Below are positions 57,101 through 64,000 of a stretch of DNA of 64,000 nt, piece after piece (within the stretch, counting starts at the first letter, position 1; every line of letters begins with the position of its first letter). The notes beneath the pieces were generated by a model. It made no database searches. It worked only from the letters and a program-made list of their open reading frames with translations, and had not been told where the DNA came from. The stretch is from Macrostomum lignano (taxonomy: Eukaryota), in contig NIVC01000217.1 in assembly GCA_002269645.1 (NCBI GenBank), positions 62,001 to 126,000 on the forward strand, in the 5' to 3' direction. A program made the translations under genes and the position numbers.

Positions 57101-60100
57101 TCCGTTTGTGCAGGTCGGGGCAATTCTCCGCGAACCGATCAGGTTTCTCGTGGCGCACGAGGAAAAGCTGAAACAGTAGCCAGCGCACTAATCCCAAGCA
57201 AAGCTGATGGAGAAAACAAGAAGGCGTCGCTCTGACAAAGTCGAAGCCAAACAGATCACCAAGCGGAGATTGTCCACGTACACCCAGAGTGTCATCTCCG
57301 TTGCCACGTAACGTCCGGTGTTCCGCAAGGATACGTGTCATTCAGCGATCGAACTACTGTCTGGACACATCCGAGGCGGCGTGCGTTAATTTGCATGGCG
57401 TCTGTCAACTCCACACATCATACACTCTGCCGTGGCCTGACGGATGAACTGACGTCCGTAGGTAGCACTTGTCGCATCCGTATACGGCGGAAAAGCGCTT
57501 AAAGCACAAAGCGTCTGCCCTGGCAGGTGCGTCAAACATGGCGAACAATACATGTACCCGAAGACGCTGCCGAACGCCATGTCGGTCCACATACTGTATA
57601 CCATTCAGACGCAGATCGTTAAGTCCGTCAACTATAATAGGTAGACATGCCTTGGGATGCACCTTTGTAGTTCCTGCCCAGACTCCGAGCTTCATTACGA
57701 ATTGCAACTTGTACCGGTCGTGAACTTCAACGAAGCACAAATAAAAGGGGCACACCTCAACAGTACTTGTTGTAGGCAGCGCCTACTATCGTGTGTGTGT
57801 TGGGGGGGGGGGTTGTTAGCGGCTGCGCCGCGTGACTCTGCTAGCTCAACCCTTATGCGTACAATATCAAATGTGCATGGTGCGACTTTAGCCACCATTC
57901 TGACTCAGCTCAATAATTCAATAAATATACTGATCGCTATTATTCTCGCCTGTAAGCTTTCGGCAACTATCGACTACAACAAGCAGTCTAGCCTCGTTTC
58001 ACTCACTACAGTGGCATCGCAAGCAACCGCATCCAGCGCGGGGCATGGCCACAAATTACATCGCACTACCGCCCCCCGAACCATTTGTCATCTCTGACGA
58101 CCCTCACAACGCTGGCAAGCGTTGGCGCGAATGGGCAGCGCGCTTCACAGACTTTATCGAGGCGTCCGGAGTTGCAAATGATAACCAGAAGTGCAAGCTG
58201 CTCTGCTACACTGCCGGAAAGGAGGTCTCTGATATCGTTCGCGAGCTACCAAAGCCTCAGGTTGAAGGCGAAGAGAAGGAGCACACAATGGCCAGCATCT
58301 TCGACGGACTGAAGCGCCACTTCGACGACAGGAAAAACATCGTTTTTGCGAGATACCAATTTCGCCTGTGCATCCAACAAGCCGGTGAGAAAATCGAGGC
58401 CTGGCACAGCAGACTGCGGGCGGCAGCCGAACCGTGCGAATTCGAAAACCTGAGGGACTCGCTCATCCGGGACCAGCTCGTCGCGACATGCACCTCCGAC
58501 AAACTGCGCAGACGGCTGCTCCAAGAAGCAGACATCACGCTGGAGGATGCCTTGCGGAACGCCAGAAGCCAGTCGTCCAGGGCCTCTCTCCAGTTCCGAC
58601 CTTCAGCGACAGCAGTCTTCACCACCTTCCCGATGCTGCGGTTGACACGCTCGGTGGCTCCGTTGGACTCCGGATGCAGCGGACAGATGAGACGATGATG
58701 AACTCCGTATCCGCTGAGGAAGCTGCGAAAGTCGGCAGAGTTAAAGGGCGGTCCGTTGTCCGTGATGACCTCAGCAGGGATGCCGTGCCGACCGAACAGC
58801 CGTCTTAGATGCGGTGTCACGTTGCCGGCCGTCGTTGACTGCATGATGTCGACTTCCGGGTACTTGGAGTACAGGTCCGTGGTGACCAGCAGCATCTGAC
58901 CTTGCACCGGGCCGTAGAAGTCCATCCCGAGCAGTTGCCAAGGTCCGTCCGGCATCTCCGTCGGCTTCAAAGGCGTCTGGTGCACGTGCGTGGCCGCTGC
59001 TTGGCAACCGACACAGCACTTGACGAATACTTCGCAGTCGCTGCGCATCTTTGGCCACCAGACTTTGGTCTGCAGTCGCTTCAGGGTTCTGTCCGCACCG
59101 AGATGTCCCGTATGGGCCAGCTGCAGTATCGGTCTCCGCAGCGACTCGGGGACAACGATGAGATCTTTCCTTTCCGAGAGCGACGGAATTCTGCTCCGCG
59201 GAGATCTCGGAGCCGCATAAGATGCCGGAGACGTCGCTGCGACTCTCCACATCGATTCCATCGACGAATTCTTTGTACAGTTCGCTGCTACGCACGTGGA
59301 GCACCTCGGGATCTATGGCACGGTCGGCAGGGAACACAACGTGGTCGAGCATTCCACGCCACATCACAAGCGCTTTCAGCTGCATAGGACCATCAAAGTG
59401 CCAGAAATTTGCGACGCTGCGTCCTCCGCAGTGGACGCACGTTGCGGTGCTTGGATCACGTCCGGGAGAGTTCTTGTAACACTCGTTGCAGACTGTGGAG
59501 CACAGCGTCGTTCCAGAGAATGACTGAGCAGTCTTTATCGCATCCCGCGCAGCACGTCCAGTTTTGGGCAGCCTGTTGTTGGGCACAAGGCGGTGCAACA
59601 TCTCTAGAAGTCTTGTAAACTTCTCACGGGACAGTTTGAGATCCTCCGCACAGGAATTGACCTCAAAAGAGCCTCGCCTAGTGTGTGCGGAAATCCCGGG
59701 TGCCAGTCTTCCAGCAGCCTGGCGTTGATACGACGCGGTTCCTCGCCATCATCGCCTGTGTGGGATATGCGGTGGAAAAAGATTACTGTATACTCAGTAA
59801 GACTAATTAGAGCAAGACTCACACAGTGCCCGGTGTGTGAATGTGTGGAGCAGCGTATGCAGGCAATCTGTATTCTGTATTGTGTCACACACAGTAATGC
59901 GTCAAAGGAATATTACCGTCTTCGTTATCGTCCTCTTCGTCATCCGATGTATGGGACCCAGTGGACGTGTCTGCTCCCGATGGCGAGTCCGATGTATGGG
60001 ACCCAGCGGACGTGTCCGCACCCGATGGCGGCTTCTCGCCATCATCGCCTGTGTGGGATCGCCCGTCTTCGTTATCGTCCTCTTCGTCATCCGATGAGAC

Positions 60101-62830
60101 GCTCGCAGAGTTGTCCAGTGGCTCACCTGTGCGGGATGAGCGGTGCAAAAAATTTGTACTGTATAACCAGCCACATCATCTCAACGTCACATCGCCTCAT
60201 AAAGACAAGTGTCTCACTTTCAGAAATATCTGCAGGTTTTCCGTCAGTGTTGCAGTTGCCAGAGCTGGTAGCACCTGAGCTGGTAGCACATGAGCTGGTA
60301 GCACATGAGCTGGTAGCACCCGGGCCATTGTGCGCGGCTTCAGCTGATGCCCTTTCCGAAGAACGTGATCGGCTTACGCCAGCAGAACCACGCCCGCGTC
60401 TGGCAGACAGCCTGCGTTGGCGCATGTAGTGTCGCATCCAGTCGCGACGGCGAGTGCTACGATCATCGCCATCCATATCCATGCGCTGTAATGAGGTTTG
60501 CTTCTTCACATTATCAGTAGTACGAAAAAAAATTCTAGACGGATTTTTAGCATGAACCTACGCATGCATTTAAATCTGAAATATATTCAGCATGTCTTTG
60601 TTCCTTCAACTGATAATATAATATACTCCCTTACTTCTTTTTCATGTGTCTTAGATCTGATTGCTGGACTGACAAGAAAGATACGCTACAGACAACTAAA
60701 CATAATCAGTTATGGAATCACAAAGCATGAGCCATAAACTTTGGAAAATTCCATTAAACATAGGCCATAGGCAACATAGACAACAGTGTATTTAAATTGA
60801 AATTAGGATAACATATGGCACGAAATTACTACGGCTTTTGCCACAAAATGTATGGCTTTTATACCGTCTTTGGCGATACAGCTCTATAATTCAATACTTA
60901 CGAGTACTTCACAATTTACGTCACTCACAGTGTGACCAGCAACAAAAATGTGAGAAATAACACAGCTAGAAAGAAAAAACACAGCAGCTACTTAAATGAA
61001 GAAAAAGGGAAAAACATTCACTATAGCAATTTTGCCAATGCTTACTTATTGTCCGAATAGCAATTCTCGTTTTAATTAATTCCAGCTAATTCAAGCAGTA
61101 CATTTTCTTCTTAAATCGACATCATCATCAATCATACGTTGTAGGGATGTATTGAAACGGTATTACCCTATTTGTCTGGGCTAGTGGCCTTCCTTGCTAC
61201 TGCCAGTTGCTTTCCACCCAGGTAGAAAATATAAAAACACAAGAAAAAGCTAAATTGGGCTGTTTATTTAAGTTTAACACAGAAAAGGGATGACTTCTAA
61301 AAAAACACAATAACACAGCTATTTTAAAAAAAGCACAGAAAAACACAAATAACACAGCAGTGGTCACACTGGTCACTCATTACATATTTCTTTACCTAAT
61401 AACAACTCAACGCGGTCTTGCAAATTACATACTCATAAAAAATCCAAGTCCCCTTTCCGAACTCGGTATTTCATCCGGACTTCTTCCGTTTCGTGCATCG
61501 GTCTTTATCCGGCTTTCGGCGGGTCAATGGACGGATGTAAAACTGGACGAAATTCCGGACCAAAATATGCTTTCTTCCGGTTTTCATCCGGTTTTCAATC
61601 CGGCTGATTGTTCGAGTTTAATCGACGAGTCAACCGGATCAAAAACCGGATGAAAAGAGTCACAAAGAGAACTCTTTCATCCGGCTTTACTCCGGATTTC
61701 GGCCCGGTTTTTGGTCCGGAAACAAAAACCGGATCAAAACCGGATCAAAATCTTTTTCGTCCGGAAACACCCCCCTAAAACGGGTTAAACCGGACGAGGC
61801 CGGATGAAAACCGGATTATGACAGCCAGGCGGGACCCCCACCACAGACAGCAGCCAATAAGAATCAGACACTACCCCCACCACAGACAGCAGCCAAAAAG
61901 AATCAGACACTAACCCCACCCCAGACAGCAGCCAATAAGAATCAGACACCAACACCCCTCCCCCACCCCAGACAGCAGCCAATAAGAATCAGACACCAAC
62001 ACCCCTCCCCCCACCCCAGACAGCAGCCAATAAGAATCAGATACCAACTCCTCCCCCACCCCAGACAGCAGCCAATAAGAATCAGACACCAACACCCCTC
62101 CCCCACCTCATACAGCAGCCAATAAGAATCAGACACCAACACCCCTCCCCCCACCCCAGACGGCAGCCAATCAGAAGCGGGCAGCACCACGCTGGTGTTC
62201 GGCGTCTTGACGTGCTTGGCCGGCATCTTCGGTGTGATCGGCGGCACCGAGCTCGCCCGCCGACTTCGCCGAAGAACCGCCAGAGCGGATCCGCTGGTCT
62301 GCGCTGGCGGCCTGATGCTCTCGCTTCCGTTCCTAATGGCCACCCTGCTCACCGTCCGGTCCTACCTGGTCCTTGGCTACGCCTTCATCTTCTTAACTGA
62401 GTTGGCCCTCTTCACCAACTGGGCCCTGGTCACCGATATGTGCATGCGAGTCTGCCTGCCGAGCTTGAGAGCTACGGCAACTGGCTTGAGTCTGCTCAGC
62501 TCCCATCTGCTTGGCGATGCCACCTCGCCCTACCTGTTGGGCCTGTTGACCGACTGGTTTCGTGCCGGTGGGTCTGACAGCTATTATCGGCAGTTCATTG
62601 CTTTGCGACGGGCCATGTACCTGGGGCTGTTCGTGCTCGTCGCCGGGTCTGCAGCGTTTATGGCCTGCGCTATTCGCTATCCGGAAGACTGCCGACGCGT
62701 GGCCAAGATCGAGGAGGCCGCCCTGATTGCCGCTGCTAACAATAGGTGTCTGGATGATGAGGACGATGGGGAGACTGGGAATGAGGGCGAGTCTGAGCGG
62801 CTAGTGGCTGCTGCAGCAACTGTGGCTTAA
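48196..62830 (+). CDS. spns: spinster-family MFS transporter (SPNS1-like), 4 exons
   Basis: Exons 48196-48558, 49752-50015, 51154-51502 and 62175-62830. Motifs: NLLNYADRSTVAAVL, GLLQTCFILSYMMLCP|IFGYLGDR, RSLVGVGEASYATVSAPIIADLF, VPFGTGVGF, LRVTPPLG, ADPLVCA, HLLGDATSPYLLG. Confidence 0.92.
48790..49555. repeat. 44-bp intronic minisatellite
   Basis: aagaaacatttcaacaagttctaagaaacctcctagaggattcc x~17. Confidence 0.96.
50070..50680. repeat. 24-bp intronic minisatellite
   Basis: ctgatccctcagtgacccctttcc x~25. Confidence 0.96.
51545..52149. repeat. ~46-bp intronic minisatellite, left part
   Basis: ccccaccccagacagcagccaataagaatcagacaccaacacccct units. The same array resumes at 61834. Confidence 0.95.
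52390..52850. repeat. 61-bp subterminal tandem repeat of the CACTA-like element
   Basis: ccggatgagaaaccggacgaaattccggatgaatgctggatcaaatgtatgcacgcctcca x~7. Confidence 0.9.
53734..55436 (-). CDS. BEN-domain accessory gene of the transposon (Tudor/SH3-like - coiled coil - BEN), probably disrupted
   Basis: C-terminal IRALFRAIFTDTQLANSSLSG...AELQRAFTRCGETARER is BEN-like. A coiled-coil exon lies at 54726-~54550. The upstream exon (55436-~54862) carries YFLFQYDD...VGCRVCIV..KRYPGRLV. A stop and frame changes occur around 54550-54400. Confidence 0.65.
58045..58568 (+). pseudogene. Gypsy gag, 3'-truncated
   Basis: PPPEPF..WREWAARFTDFIEA..GLKRHF..ARYQFRLCIQQAGEKIEAWHSRLRAAAEPCEF..LIRDQLV..LRRRLLQEADITLEDAL. 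Confidence 0.9.
58553..59220 (-). pseudogene. Gypsy integrase fragment (HHCC + DDE core)
   Basis: AHTGHLG..VWWPKM..CVGCQ, PWQLLGMDF, ITDNGPPF, HPESNGATERVNR. Truncated at both ends. Confidence 0.92.
61440..61833. repeat. CCGGA-rich subterminal region of the CACTA-like element
   Basis: Many ccgga/tccgg motifs in both orientations, mirroring 52150-52850. Confidence 0.85.
61834..62170. repeat. ~46-bp intronic minisatellite, right part
   Basis: Same unit as 51545-52149. The last unit supplies the predicted splice acceptor (aatcag|aagcgg). Confidence 0.93.
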
Positions 62831-62869
62831 GGAGTTTGATAATTTAGAAAATGAGATCACAGAATGAAG

Positions 62870-63425
62870 GTTGCTATGATGCCTGAAGTGTTCCTGAGGG
62901 TTTTCCGTGTGATTCCTGAAGCTTTCCTGAGTTCTATGATGCCTAAAGCGTTCCTGAGGATTTTCCGTGTGATGCCTGAACCTTTCCTGAGTTCTATGAT
63001 GCCTGAAGCGTTCCTGAGGATTTTCCGTGTGATGCCTGAAGTTTTTCTGAGTTCTATCATGCCTGAAGTGTTCCTGAGGATTTTCCATGTGATTCCTGAA
63101 GTTTTTCTGAGTTCTATGATGCCTGAAGTGTTCCTGAGGGTTTCCATGTGATGCCTGAAGTTTTCCTGAGTTCTATGATTCCTGAAGTGTTCCTGAGAGT
63201 TTTCGGTGTGATTCCTGAAGCTTTCCTGAGTTCTATGATGCCTGAAGCGTTCCTGAGGGTTTCCATGTGATGCCTGAAGTTTTCCTGAGCTCTACCGGTA
63301 TGATGCCTGAAGCGTTCCTGAGGGTTTTCCATGTGATGCCTGAAGTGTTCCCGAGGGTTTTCCATGTAATGAATGAAATTTTCCTGAGTATTTTGTTTCA
63401 TGCCTGAAGCTTCCCTGAAGATTTG
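62870..63425. repeat. 60-bp higher-order minisatellite (33+27 subunits)
   Basis: atgcctgaagtgttcctgaggattttccgtgtg alternates with atgcctgaagtttttctgagttctatg. Confidence 0.9.
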
Positions 63426-63774
63426 TGCAACACTTGAAGTTTCCCTGAAGATTCTTTCTTACATTTGAAGATATGTTTATTTTGTGGCCTTAAAAGCCTC
63501 CCTGAAGATTATTCTCGTGCTAGAAAGTTTCTAGATATTAAAGATATTTTATTCGTATGATTTCTGAAGTTTTTATGATAATACGTGTTGTTTTTTTTTC
63601 TTGAAAATTGTGCCAATTATCTCAACTGCCACAATCAGTCTATTGGCTTTATGGGATACTTACCTATTCAAGATGTCAAGATTTTTTCCTATCTATAATT
63701 GCTAATGTTTTGAATTCATGAAATTATGGCTTCAGTGCATATAGTAAAATAGATATTTTTATTCCATTTTTATT

Positions 63775-63995
63775 ATCTCAAGTAAAGATCAGGGAGAATT
63801 TATTTCCTCACTTAAGGATCTGGGAGAATTTATTCCCTTACTTAAGGACCTGGGAGTATTTATTCCCTCACTTAAGGACCTGGGAAAATCTATTCCTTCA
63901 CTTAAGGATCTAAGAGAATTTATTCCCTCACTTAAGGATCTAAGAGAATTTATTCCCTCACTTAAGGATCTGGGAGAATTTATTCCCTCGCTTGA
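63775..63995. repeat. 30-bp minisatellite
   Basis: cttaaggatctgggagaatttattccctca x~7. Confidence 0.92.
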
Positions 63996-64000
63996 TTAGG

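Larger units (their letters stand above)
57802..59220. mobile_element. rearranged Gypsy LTR-retrotransposon fragment nested in the CACTA transposase
   Basis: G11 PPT-like run (57802-57812), TGT...CA LTR-like segment with AATAAA (57814-58010), PBS-like TGGCATCGC (58012), gag on the + strand and integrase on the - strand. Confidence 0.8.
56071..60509 (-). pseudogene. CACTA/EnSpm (Tnp2-like) transposase, frameshifted and interrupted
   Basis: In order: LPKT..CNEC..CVHCG..QLKAL (59601-59222); CPFYL..GVWAGTTK..MFDAPARADALCFKRFSAVYGCDKC (57755-57405); FLHQLCLGLVR (57341-57027); YNAHH..GPLHTQSAGLFE (56991-56071). Acidic N-terminal exons lie at 60509-59604. Confidence 0.85.
52150..61833 (-). mobile_element. 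CACTA/EnSpm-like (CMC superfamily) DNA transposon, 9684 bp
   Basis: 34-bp TIRs cccgcctggctgtc(g/a)taatccggttttcatccgg with 1 mismatch. A 2-bp AC TSD (52148-49 / 61834-35) reconstructs an intact minisatellite unit. CCGGA-rich subterminal repeats lie at both ends. Confidence 0.93.

Noticed and set aside
58045-59261. Overlapping gag/integrase as a functional ambisense retroelement
   Set aside because: Both are truncated, there is no RT or protease, and the junction is best explained as a rearrangement.
62801-63401. 95-aa repetitive ORFs downstream of spinster
   Set aside because: They derive from the 60-bp minisatellite.

Overview
Eukaryotic (metazoan) genomic DNA with AT-rich intergenic sequence, GC-richer exons, GT-AG introns and many minisatellites. 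The style suggests a flatworm such as Macrostomum, but this is an inference only. Host genes: a UBE2V/Mms2 ubiquitin-conjugating enzyme variant, a three-finger C2H2 protein, a multi-exon NWD-like DUF4062-NACHT-beta-propeller gene ending in a Dpy-30-like motif, a 767-aa low-complexity protein and a 4-exon spinster (SPNS) MFS transporter. Mobile DNA: three Tc1/mariner elements (dead DD34D mariner, IR/DR deletion derivative, intact DD37E), a CryptonA-like tyrosine recombinase with hairpinned flanks, tRNA-derived SINEs, and a 9.7-kb CACTA/EnSpm-like element (transposase + BEN gene). That element sits in a spinster intron and itself carries a rearranged Gypsy fragment. The most unusual locus is a second, non-Crypton tyrosine-recombinase gene (6467-11757, minus strand). 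It has a predicted Tudor-like N-terminus, C2H2 fingers and basic C-terminal repeats, plus five in-frame chimeric exons that appear to come from a 444-bp duplication between two CAG tracts.
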